DNA of 64,000 nucleotides from Naegleria gruberi (Eukaryota): NCBI GenBank assembly GCA_000004985.1, contig GG738904.1; one strand, 5' to 3'. Shown piece by piece: positions 55,194 to 64,000 of this stretch (position 1 is its first letter; each line of letters starts with the position of its first letter). The notes under the pieces were generated by a model. It saw only the letters and a program-made list of their open reading frames with translations, ran no database searches and was not told where the DNA came from. The position numbers and the translations under genes were made by a program.

Positions 55194-55427
55194 AGAAAAA
55201 AAGTAGAACCAGGCACGTTTCGATCGTGCGACCAGGGTGCACTAGCTGGGGAAGTATGTTAAATAATTCACAGCTGACATGAAACAGCTTACTATTAGTC
55301 AACTTGCAACCTCATTGTAATACATAGAGTACTGTAGACTCTCACACTGATGCATTACATTGATAGTCGCGTGTTGACAGCTGATCATTGGGGGATCATC
55401 CTTGCTCTCCCAACTGAGCTACAAGTC
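55194..55427 (-). mobile_element. tRNA-derived Pol III element (SINE-like, or a degenerate intron-containing tRNA gene)
   Basis: The minus strand starts GGACTTGTAGCTCAGTTGGGAGAGC, a perfect tRNA acceptor plus D-arm with an A box. It has a B-box-like GATCGAAAC about 190 nt downstream and ends in TTTTTTTCTTCTTTT. No complementary 3' acceptor strand (CAAGTCC) is present. Confidence 0.35.
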
Positions 55428-55861
55428 CTACAATTTTATAAAGTGTTTATTTGTGACTCTTTTTTGAATGTTACTAAAAATTGAACAAAATTTTGGGTTT
55501 TTCAAAATTGAAAAAATATTATATTTTCTAATGTTTTCAGAAAACAGCTGTTATTAATATCAGATGCTGATTTTCTCAACATTGTAAACTAGGTCCCTCT
55601 AACTCCTTAATTTCTCCCTTGTAACTTATGTATCATTTTTATCCAAATAACCTTATTCAATAGCACTAATCAAGCAAAGTTACTGGATTAAATAATTCTC
55701 CCAAGCGGATTTTTCAAAGTATCAAGAAAAGCGAAATTTGTGATGGAATGCAAAAAAAAACCACGAAAAAAAAATAAGCGAACAACAAAGCCTAAATTTC
55801 TTTCACTGATTTTTTTTTCTTATTAATTTATTTTCTTCATCATTATAATTAATTTATATAA

Positions 55862-57250
55862 ATGTCCACCACTACTACTCAACATAGAGTCTTGTTGCTC
55901 GGATCTGGATTTGTTGCCGGAACCACTCTTGAATCACTCACTCGTGATGGTACTAATACTTTTGTTACTGTAGCTTCTCGTACCTTGAGCAAGTCTATTG
56001 AAATGTGTAAGGAGTATGCTCATGATTATGAGAATAGAACTGCTCAAGTTGCTTTGGATATTGAAAATGAACATGATAAATTGTCTGAATTGGTTAGTCA
56101 ACATGATTTGGCCATTTCCTTGGTTCCATACACTTATCACGTCTTGGTTGCCAAGGCCTGTATTCAACACAGAAAGAATATGGTCACTACAAGTTATATT
56201 TCACCTGCTTTGCGTGAATTAGATCAACAATTCAAGGATTTGGGAATTGCTTCAATGAACGAAATTGGTGTTGATCCTGGTATTGATCACATGATTGCTA
56301 CCAAGATTATTCACGAAGAACAAGATTTGAAGGGAGGAAAGATTAAGAGCTTCTACAGTTGGTGTGGTGGTTTGCCTCATCCAGATCACATTGATAATCC
56401 AATGAAGTATAAATTCTCTTGGTCTCCTCGTGGTGTCTTGATGGCTTTGCAAAATACTGCCAAGTGGATTGAAGGTGGTGAAATTAGAGTTGTTGAACCA
56501 TCAAAGCTTTTGGCTTCTAGAAGAGAATTGAACTTGGCTAAGGATATGCCATTGTTTGAAGGTTATCCAAATCGTGATTCTACTCCATTCAAGGAACATT
56601 ATAATTTGAAATATGCTGATGATGTTTTGAGAGGAACTTTGAGATTCAAGGGTAACTGTGAAGTTGTTGAATTTTTCATTGGAGCTGGTTTGGTTGACTT
56701 GACTCCAAGACCTGATATTAAGGATAAGCAATGGAGAGAAATCATGAAGGAACTCCTCGGAGCTGAAAGTGTTGAAGAATCCGCTCTCAGTGCTGCTCTC
56801 TTGAAGAAATTGAATTTGGAACCAGAATCTGAAAAGGCCAAGAGTGCCACTCATGCATTCCAATTCTATGGTTTGTTCAGTGAAAAGGTTGCTCCATTCA
56901 AGGGTACCTTGTTGGATACCTTCTCTCAAACCTTGTTGGAACAAATGGAATACAAGCCAGGAGAAAGAGATATGCTCTTCATGTGTAATACCTTTGTTAT
57001 TGAAACTGCTGAAGGTAAGAAGAAGACCATTGTTGCCAAATTGGTCGATTTTGGTGATGAAAGAGGTATGTCAATGGCCAAGACTGTTGGTTATCCATGT
57101 GCTGTTGCTACAAAGAAGATTTTGAACGGAGAAATTACTACCAAGGGTGTCTTTGGTCCATACGAATATAACATGAACGAATCAATCATGAAGGAATTGA
57201 AGGAAGTTGAACGTATTCATGTTGATTATGAAGTTTCTGAAGAACAATAA
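55862..57250 (+). CDS. Saccharopine dehydrogenase (NADP+, L-glutamate-forming; LYS9-type), intronless
   Basis: 462-aa ORF. N-terminal Rossmann motif VLLLGSGFVAG. The overall sequence matches the saccharopine reductase family throughout (for example GVDPGIDHM and the C-terminal alpha/beta domain). Confidence 0.85.
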   Translation: MSTTTTQHRVLLLGSGFVAGTTLESLTRDGTNTFVTVASRTLSKSIEMCKEYAHDYENRTAQVALDIENEHDKLSELVSQHDLAISLVPYTYHVLVAKACIQHRKNMVTTSYISPALRELDQQFKDLGIASMNEIGVDPGIDHMIATKIIHEEQDLKGGKIKSFYSWCGGLPHPDHIDNPMKYKFSWSPRGVLMALQNTAKWIEGGEIRVVEPSKLLASRRELNLAKDMPLFEGYPNRDSTPFKEHYNLKYADDVLRGTLRFKGNCEVVEFFIGAGLVDLTPRPDIKDKQWREIMKELLGAESVEESALSAALLKKLNLEPESEKAKSATHAFQFYGLFSEKVAPFKGTLLDTFSQTLLEQMEYKPGERDMLFMCNTFVIETAEGKKKTIVAKLVDFGDERGMSMAKTVGYPCAVATKKILNGEITTKGVFGPYEYNMNESIMKELKEVERIHVDYEVSEEQ

Positions 57251-57348
57251 ACTGTTTTAATTTCAATTATTATTATTATTATCGTTACAATAGTGTTTAA
57301 CATTTCAATTAAGACTGGGTTGAGTAAAATAATTACAATTTAAAAAAA

Positions 57349-59003
57349 ATGAATCAATTCATTGAGAAGGGACGAGAAATTCTCTCCGAAGCTCTCGAAC
57401 ATGAAAATAAGAAGCAATATCAACAAGCATTGGATAAATACTATTTGGGAATTAAACATTTTATGACCGGATTGAAATGTAAATATATTTATTTAATCAT
57501 CAATTTATTTAAATATTATTTAAATAATATTATATAAATTGATTAATATTGAAGATATTGAAGGACAAAAAACAAAGGAACAAGTAAAAAAGTACATTAA
57601 CGAATATTTGGAAAAGGCTGAAAAAATCAAGGAATTAATTCATGGAAAGGCGAACGTTTCATCAACAATTGGTTCTTCAGCAACGAATAATTCTCAATCA
57701 TCAACATCAGTACCGGTTGGAAAGGAAAAGAGGAGAAAATCACTGATCAAAGAATCTGCAAGTGAAAAGAAAAGTGAGGGAAAGAAGAATCAATCATTGG
57801 AAGAGGTAGAAAGTTTACAAAATATGATTCGGCAATGTATTGTGGATACTAGAGAGGAGATTCCATGGAGTGAAGTAATTGGAATGGATGCACCTAAAGA
57901 AACGATCAATGAGGCATTGATTCTCCCTCGACAATTTCCTCAATTATTTGTTGGAGAGAGAAAGCCAATTAGGACAATACTATTATATGGGTAAGTGGAA
58001 TTATTTAGAATTCAATTCATTGAAAATTGTAGTCCTCCAGGAACTGGAAAGGTTTGTAATCAATTTTTTGAATAGTTTTTGAATATTAATTTAATCAAAG
58101 TCATTCTTTGTAAAAGCAGTGGCTAGTAATATGAAAGAGGTTACGTTCTTTTCAGTTTCTTCAAGTGATATAGTTTCTAAATACATGGGGGAATCTGAAA
58201 AGCTTGTAAAGACACTTTTTGAAGAAGCAAAAAAGAGACAACCAGCTATAATTTTCATTGATGAAATTGATGCTGTAGGATCATCAAGAGAGGGACTTGG
58301 AGGTGGAAGTAGTAATGAGAGTATTTCACGACTGAAAACTGAACTCTTGCTAAAAGTTCAAGATGTTTTGGATATGAAAGATACTGGAATTATTGTCATT
58401 GGAGCCACAAATAGGCCAACGGATTTGGATCCTGCTCTGAGAAGAAGATTTCAAAAACGTATTTATATTCCTCTTCCTGACGAGAATGCAAGAAAGCAAT
58501 TATTCAGAGTTAACTTGGAAGGTGTGGAAGTGGATGTGACACACGAAAATATTGATGAATTCGCCAAATTAACCAACCAATATTCAGGAGCAGATATTGG
58601 AATTATTATAAGGGATGCTCTTATGAAACCAGTAAGAGAAGCAATGAATTCTGACTATTTCAAAACAACAAACGATGGAACCATAGTCCCATGTTCCAGA
58701 AACGAAAAGAACTCTAAAAAGATGAACATGTTGGACATTAAGCAACCAGAAAAATTGAAAATTGCAAAGGTAACTGCTAAGGATATTTATGATTCCATTA
58801 AATCGGTAAAACCTTCCACAAATCCAAGTGAAATACTTTCATTCATTGAATTTACACAAAACTATGGAGAATCTGATAATCCAGTTGAGGAAGAACATGA
58901 AGAAATTGAGAATCAATACAAACGAAAGAAGGATGATAATATCTACGTCCAAGAAATTGGCACTGCTACAGTGCAAAAACCAAAACGAAAGAAATATCTA
59001 TAG
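57349..59003 (+). CDS. VPS4: Vps4-type AAA ATPase (MIT domain, AAA domain, Vps4 C-terminal domain). Four exons, join(57349..57478, 57555..57990, 58033..58051, 58101..59003).
   Basis: MIT domain in exons 1-2 (QALDKYYLGIKHFMTGLK|YIEGQKTKEQVKKYINEYLEKAEKIKE). A 19-nt exon encodes the Walker A core; the spliced product reads ILLYGPPGTGKSFFVKAVA. Walker B IIFIDEIDA, and second region of homology ATNRPTDLDPALRRRF. Introns are 76, 42 and 49 nt. Confidence 0.85.
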
Positions 59004-59056
59004 ACTTAATGATCAATAGTTACTTTACAATAAGGAGGTTTATTATTTACATTGAT

Positions 59057-59988
59057 TTACTTATTGGCATCTTCAAAGGCAGACAAATCACTCTCAGCAT
59101 TTTGCTTACCACATGAATTGAACAAGGCGAAACCCTTCTTTGAACTACGTTTACCATCCTTGGTAGTTTTTTCTGGAACTGGTTCAGTAACTTCCTCAAA
59201 TTCATCAAATTCACCATTTCTTTCCTTTCTGACAGTTCTTACCAATGCATCATAGGCATTTTCAATATTGATATTTCTATAAGCAGAGGTTTCAAAGAAT
59301 TTACACTTGGCAAATTGCTTGGCAAAACCTTCACCTTCCTTATAAGAAATAACTCTTTCTTCCTCCAAGTCAATCTTGTTTCCTAAAATACATACTGGAA
59401 TACCTTCCTCACCAACATCACGACTTCTACACAATTGTCCATAGATATCCTTTACTTCCTCAAATGATGAAGCATCTGTAATGCTGTAAACAAGAATGAA
59501 TCCCTATTAATTAATGTTAATATATTTGGAAAATTTCACAAATATTTACTTACATCTCCTTCTCTCATGTATTGATCTCTCATGGCCTAAATGATCAGAT
59601 ATATTAAATTGAATTATTAGAAAGTTAGAATATATTGCTAAATAAAAAACTCACAGTAAATTCTTCTTGACCTGCAGTATCCAATAAACTAATGGAAACT
59701 GGTTTATTGTCGACAGTTCTTTGAACAGTGTAGGCATCTGAGAAAGAGTTGTTAATAATTATGATGAGGATGTTTAAACTTACCTTCAATGGTTGGATCG
59801 TAGCCAAATTTAAATTCCTTCTTGATGAATTGAATAGTAACTGCGGATTTACCTATAATAAATGTTATTAGAAACTATTATTATTAGAATTGAAACGTAC
59901 CCACACCACCGGAACCCAACATGACGAATTTCATTTCGTCTCTTTGTGTTTGGGACATTTCTATGGTTGTTGCGTTAGAGGATGACAT
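59057..59988 (-). CDS. Ras-family small GTPase (Ras/Rap-like), about 240 aa. Five exons, join(59057..59503, 59554..59586, 59655..59737, 59784..59852, 59901..59988).
   Basis: G1 LGSGGVGKS is split by intron 1. Effector region YDPTIEDAYTVQ, G3 DTAGQEEFTAMRDQYMREGD (split by intron 3) and G4 ILGNKIDL. Introns are 48, 46, 68 and 50 nt with GTACGT/GTAAGT/GTGAGT donors. No C-terminal CAAX box was found. Confidence 0.8.
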
Positions 59989-60179
59989 GTTAGAGATGTT
60001 TTGCTAATTTTTTGCTTTTATTTTAAAAAACAGAAAGTTGACAGGTGAATCCAACTAAGTTCAAAAAGCATTGAATGTTCTAAAACTTGGTTCAATGTTC
60101 ACAGAAAATCAATCCACAAAGGTATTTTGATTTCAAAAAGCTTTTTCACTTCTTACAAAAAGTTTACAGTTATTCTATT

Positions 60180-61217
60180 CTACCTAAAAATTTGAATTCT
60201 ATAATTGTTGGTGTCAGCGACAAGTAATTCACCACTCTGATAATTAATAGCACAACTGAATAAGCCAGAAAATCCACAAAATACCGAAGTGCCATACTCT
60301 CCAAATGAACGAATAAAGTTTCCACTCCTATCGAATATATGAATCTTATCATTTCCTTCATCACATACGAAAATATTTTGATTCGTCTTGTCGACACAAA
60401 TTCCTCTTGGACCATTGAATGAGCTCTTCAATTTCAAAGGAAGAGCACCATACGAATCCAACACAATCAGGACAGAATTCTTCAGAAAATAACTAATGAC
60501 CATTCGTTCATCCATCAAACTTTCCATTCCATAAGCTCCAACAGCAAAACGAGTCCAATAAATGGTCATTAGTTCAGAATCTCCCTTAATATCAATTCCT
60601 GTTTCAATATCCAACACTCTGACTCCTCCATCATTGAAATCTCCAATATAGACATGGCCTCTTCCACGATTCACATAAACAGAACCCAAATACGAATCCT
60701 CTCTGTGAAATTCATCTCTGGTTTTCCATCTGAATTTTCCCAACTCCAAATCATACATGAAAACATGTCCATTATCACATGCAATAATCAAACCATCCTC
60801 TCCATCCAATTGAATTGTACACGGATGAGAATTCAATTGAATATTGAATTTAAATTCCTTTGTATAGCTATCAAAGACACTCACTCTCCTATTACCACAA
60901 TCGGAGACGAGAATTAATGCTCTCTTTTCATCAATTTTAATATCCATTGGAGCATCAAATTGGCCATTCAGTGGTGATTGTATTCTCGTCAAGCCAATTG
61001 TTGTTTCATATTGAAAATTGAGAGAAAAACCAATAATTGATGATTTGTTTTCGGAATTGAATTTTCTTCCACTCAATTTACTTTTAATCTTTTCCATTAA
61101 TATTTCCAACAAGCCATCATCGTCATCATCATTATCTTTATTCTTAATTTCATCCTTGCAATTATTTGCTAAATAATTAAAACAAATAAGAACTCCGCTA
61201 TTTCTCTTTCCTACCAT
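60180..61217 (-). CDS. NHL-repeat protein
   Basis: 345-aa ORF with ATG. NHL-type blades (ALILVSDCGNRRVSVFD; GHVYIGDFNDGGVRVLD; IFVCDEGNDKIHIFD; ELLVADTNNYRIQIF). The 5' flank runs into a 447-N gap. Confidence 0.6.
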   Translation of the reverse strand: MVGKRNSGVLICFNYLANNCKDEIKNKDNDDDDDGLLEILMEKIKSKLSGRKFNSENKSSIIGFSLNFQYETTIGLTRIQSPLNGQFDAPMDIKIDEKRALILVSDCGNRRVSVFDSYTKEFKFNIQLNSHPCTIQLDGEDGLIIACDNGHVFMYDLELGKFRWKTRDEFHREDSYLGSVYVNRGRGHVYIGDFNDGGVRVLDIETGIDIKGDSELMTIYWTRFAVGAYGMESLMDERMVISYFLKNSVLIVLDSYGALPLKLKSSFNGPRGICVDKTNQNIFVCDEGNDKIHIFDRSGNFIRSFGEYGTSVFCGFSGLFSCAINYQSGELLVADTNNYRIQIFR

Positions 61218-61293
61218 TTTTCTTCTTCAATTTATTTACTTGAACCTTTAGAAAAGCAGCTTCTTTAATTCCCTTCATCATCAAAGCACTTGA

Positions 61294-61740
61294 NNNNNNN
61301 NNNNNNNNNNNNNNNNNNNNNNNNNNNNNNNNNNNNNNNNNNNNNNNNNNNNNNNNNNNNNNNNNNNNNNNNNNNNNNNNNNNNNNNNNNNNNNNNNNNN
61401 NNNNNNNNNNNNNNNNNNNNNNNNNNNNNNNNNNNNNNNNNNNNNNNNNNNNNNNNNNNNNNNNNNNNNNNNNNNNNNNNNNNNNNNNNNNNNNNNNNNN
61501 NNNNNNNNNNNNNNNNNNNNNNNNNNNNNNNNNNNNNNNNNNNNNNNNNNNNNNNNNNNNNNNNNNNNNNNNNNNNNNNNNNNNNNNNNNNNNNNNNNNN
61601 NNNNNNNNNNNNNNNNNNNNNNNNNNNNNNNNNNNNNNNNNNNNNNNNNNNNNNNNNNNNNNNNNNNNNNNNNNNNNNNNNNNNNNNNNNNNNNNNNNNN
61701 NNNNNNNNNNNNNNNNNNNNNNNNNNNNNNNNNNNNNNNN
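61294..61740. other. Assembly gap (447 N)
   Basis: Run of N characters. It removes the promoter region and first-exon start of the acyl-CoA oxidase gene and the upstream region of the NHL gene. Confidence 0.99.
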
Positions 61741-61742
61741 TG

Positions 61743-63736
61743 CCTTCATCCTCATCAGGAGAATCCTTATTAATTGAAGCTAATCAAACAAACGCACAAA
61801 GCTTTTTGGAGAATAATCAAACAAGAGCAGTTTCATCATCTAGTAGATCTGTTGATGTTGGTGCCTTGAAGGCCTTCGTGGATGGAAAGTATGCTCACGT
61901 AAGTTTTAATGTTTTTATGCATTTTGGTTGACCACATAATAGACCAAGGAGAAAATTAGAGAAAACACTTTAAAGAAGGATTTTAAACATATCTTTGATT
62001 ATGATACTTTGCATTATCAAGAAGCCCGTAAAGTTTTGATGGGTTGGGCTAAACTTCATACTGAAGAACTTCCATTCGATTTGTTGGATATTCTTAGAAA
62101 TGATTATGGTAAATTTGTTGCATTCTTTGAACAATTGGGTCATTTCAATACATCTTTGGTTGTCAAGATGGCTGTACAATTCTCCTTGTTTTCTGGTACT
62201 TTGGCAAACTTGGGAACTGACAGACATCACGACCTCGTCAGACAAGCTCAAACACTCCAAGTTTTGGGATGCTTTGGTATGACTGAAAAGGGACACGGTT
62301 CAAATGTTCGTGGTATTGAAACTACTGCCACTTATGATCCAAAGACTCAACAATTCATTGTCAATACACCAAATCCTAAGGCCATGAAGACTTGGATTGG
62401 TGGTGCTCAATATTGTCACTTTTCTGTAGTGTTTGCTCACTTGATTATTGGAGGAGAAAATAAGGGTGTTCATGTCTTTTTGGTTCCAATGCGTGACAGA
62501 AATACTCAAAAACTTTTACCAGGTGTTTATGTGGAAGATGTTGAATACAAATTGGGATTGAATGGTATTGACAATTATTCATTCGGATTCAATAATGTTC
62601 GTATTCCACGTACTAATCTCCTCAACAGATATTCAGATGTCACCCCAGAAGGTAAATATGTCTGTAAATTCAAGACTGAATCCCAACACTTTGGTGCTAC
62701 TGTAGGTGAATTGAGTGGTGGTAGAATTGTTATTGGTGCTATCGGTAATGCTGCTGCCAAGTCTTGTCTCGCTATTGCCATCAAGTATGCTTTTGCTAGA
62801 AAGCAATTTGGTCCACCAGGCAAGTCTGAAATTTCAATCATGGAATATCCATCTCACTACACTAGATTAATGCCTCTTCTTGCCAGAACTTTTGCTATTG
62901 CCTCTGGTTTGGCTTATGTTCGTGACCAATATCGTCACAAGCACAAGAATGCTGAAGCTAATGCTTATGGTCACTGTTTGACCTCAGCTATTAAATCAGC
63001 TGCAAGCTTCCACACTCTTCACACTGCTGATATCTGTAGACAAGCTTGTGGTGGTGCTGGTTTCCGTGCTCCAAATTTAATTTCTGGATTCTTGAGAGAT
63101 ACTCACATCTTTGTCACTTTCGAAGGTGATAACCAAGTTTTACTCCAACAAGTTGCCAAATATCTCATTGCTCAATATGCTCAAGGTTGCAAGCAAGGTG
63201 GGTTCAAGGGTACTGTTTTCGAATACTATAAGAATGGTAAGGTTGAATTCGATGGTAAGGAAGATTTGACTTGTCCAAGATATCAATTATACTTGTTCAG
63301 AAACAGAGAAGTCAAGATGACTGAAGAATTGATTAAGAGACTCAGAGATAGAGAAAATAGAGGTGAAGACCAATGGGAATCATTCAAGAATGAAATTGTT
63401 TTTGCCAATGAACTCGGTTTGGCATTTGCTGATAGATTATTACATGAACAATTGCTTAAGGATTCACAACTCTGTGCCTTCTCCATTTCTGGTACTCTCA
63501 GTCTTTTGAGTAAGCTCAATGGTTTAGCTCAACTTCAAAAGTCATTGGCTTGGTTCGTCACTAATGATGTCTTGTGTAAGAATCTTGCCAAACAAGTTGA
63601 TTCTTTGGTCGTTTCTTTATCTAAGGAAGTTAGCAAGATCTCTTTGGATTTGGTTGAATCATTTGATATTCCATCCAATATTCTCCCACCAAGAGCTGAC
63701 TTGTCTGATTACTCTTGTGATACTCCACAACTCTAA
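61743..63736 (+). CDS. ACOX: Acyl-CoA oxidase (5'-partial; at least two exons, join(61743..61898, 61943..63736))
   Basis: The exon ending ...VDVGALKAFVDGKYAH joins through a 44-nt GTAAGT..AATAG intron to TKEKIRENTLKK.... Downstream regions are colinear with acyl-CoA oxidases (GMTEKGHGSNVRGIETTATYD, CGGAGFRAPNLISGF, C-terminal ACOX domain). The start codon is lost in the gap. Confidence 0.85.
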
Positions 63737-64000
63737 ACTGTAGATAATAATTGTAATTTTAATAGAATATTTATTTTAAACATCAAAACCTTCTAGTTTT
63801 TAACATTCTGTAATTTCAATCTTTTCACTAAATGGACATTCTCTTTCATCATTAATTCAAATGATTAGTTCCAGTTTGTTTTGATTAATGGCCTTATTAC
63901 ACAAATCATTCTCATAATTGTAATAATTGAGAATAATTGATTAACAGTTTATTATTCATCCTTTCTTAATTCTTGTCTAACTTTGTGATGTTTATCCAAA

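Noticed and set aside
55201-55250. Possible plus-strand tRNA T-arm (GCACG-TTTCGAT-CGTGC followed by GACCAGG)
   Set aside because: No complementary 5' acceptor strand (CCTGGTC) exists upstream, and the loop is offset by one nucleotide from the TTCGAAT consensus. This is better explained as the B-box-like 3' part of the minus-strand SINE-like element.
61198-61931. ORFs consisting mostly of X (61198..61755 minus, 61290..61931 plus)
   Set aside because: They are artefacts of translating the 447-N gap. Only the non-N tail of the plus-strand one is real, as ACOX exon 1.
1-64000. Searched for CRISPR arrays, prokaryotic operon structure, transposase or integrase ORFs, and long tandem repeats
   Set aside because: None found. 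Repeats are limited to the inverted gene duplication, short microsatellite-like tracts inside coding low-complexity regions (AAC/ACT in Thr/Asn tails, GAT runs) and homopolymer A/T tracts in intergenic DNA.

Overview
This is a gene-dense, AT-rich (roughly 33-35% GC) eukaryotic nuclear sequence. Long ORFs are interrupted by short GT..AG spliceosomal introns of 42-138 nt, with donors mostly GTAAGT, GTATGT or GTGAGT, and many genes are intronless. The window also holds dispersed RNA polymerase III genes: elongator tRNA-Met, a tRNA-Gln, a solitary 5S rRNA with an oligo-T terminator, and one tRNA-derived SINE-like element. Two assembly gaps (50 N and 447 N) cut through genes. Gene content and architecture fit a free-living protist and look most like a heterolobosean amoeboflagellate (Naegleria-like), but I cannot verify that from the sequence alone. 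The gene content that points that way includes many receptor-type class III cyclases with PAS domains, Sel1-BTB proteins, NHL-repeat proteins, an LRR dual-kinase protein and RGS-domain membrane receptors. Protein-coding genes I can support: two membrane receptors with RGS domains (one 2-TM, one ectodomain+7TM), a type I (bacterial-like) glutamine synthetase, and a near-identical inverted pair of multi-pass membrane protein genes that flank the 7TM-RGS gene and the tRNA-Gln. Others are a secreted von Willebrand D (VWD)-domain protein with a very large poly-lysine tail, a small secreted Lys/Thr-rich protein, a Sel1-repeat/BTB protein, two NHL-repeat proteins, an EF-hand protein (3 exons) and an ATP-dependent RNA-ligase-like nucleotidyltransferase. 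There is also a receptor-type adenylyl cyclase with multiple transmembrane segments and PAS plus class III cyclase domains (3 exons, interrupted by a gap), a cytochrome P450 (2 exons) and a PH-domain protein. Further genes are a GT1 UDP-glycosyltransferase (4 exons including a 13-nt microexon), an LRR protein with an N-terminal kinase and a C-terminal degenerate kinase, a TPR protein, a Cys-rich membrane protein, saccharopine dehydrogenase and Vps4 (4 exons). The last are a Ras-like GTPase (5 exons), an acyl-CoA oxidase (5' end lost in a gap) and several hypothetical proteins. No CRISPR array, prokaryotic operon or obvious transposase was seen. All exon boundaries below were derived by eye from frame continuity and GT/AG motifs and carry that uncertainty.
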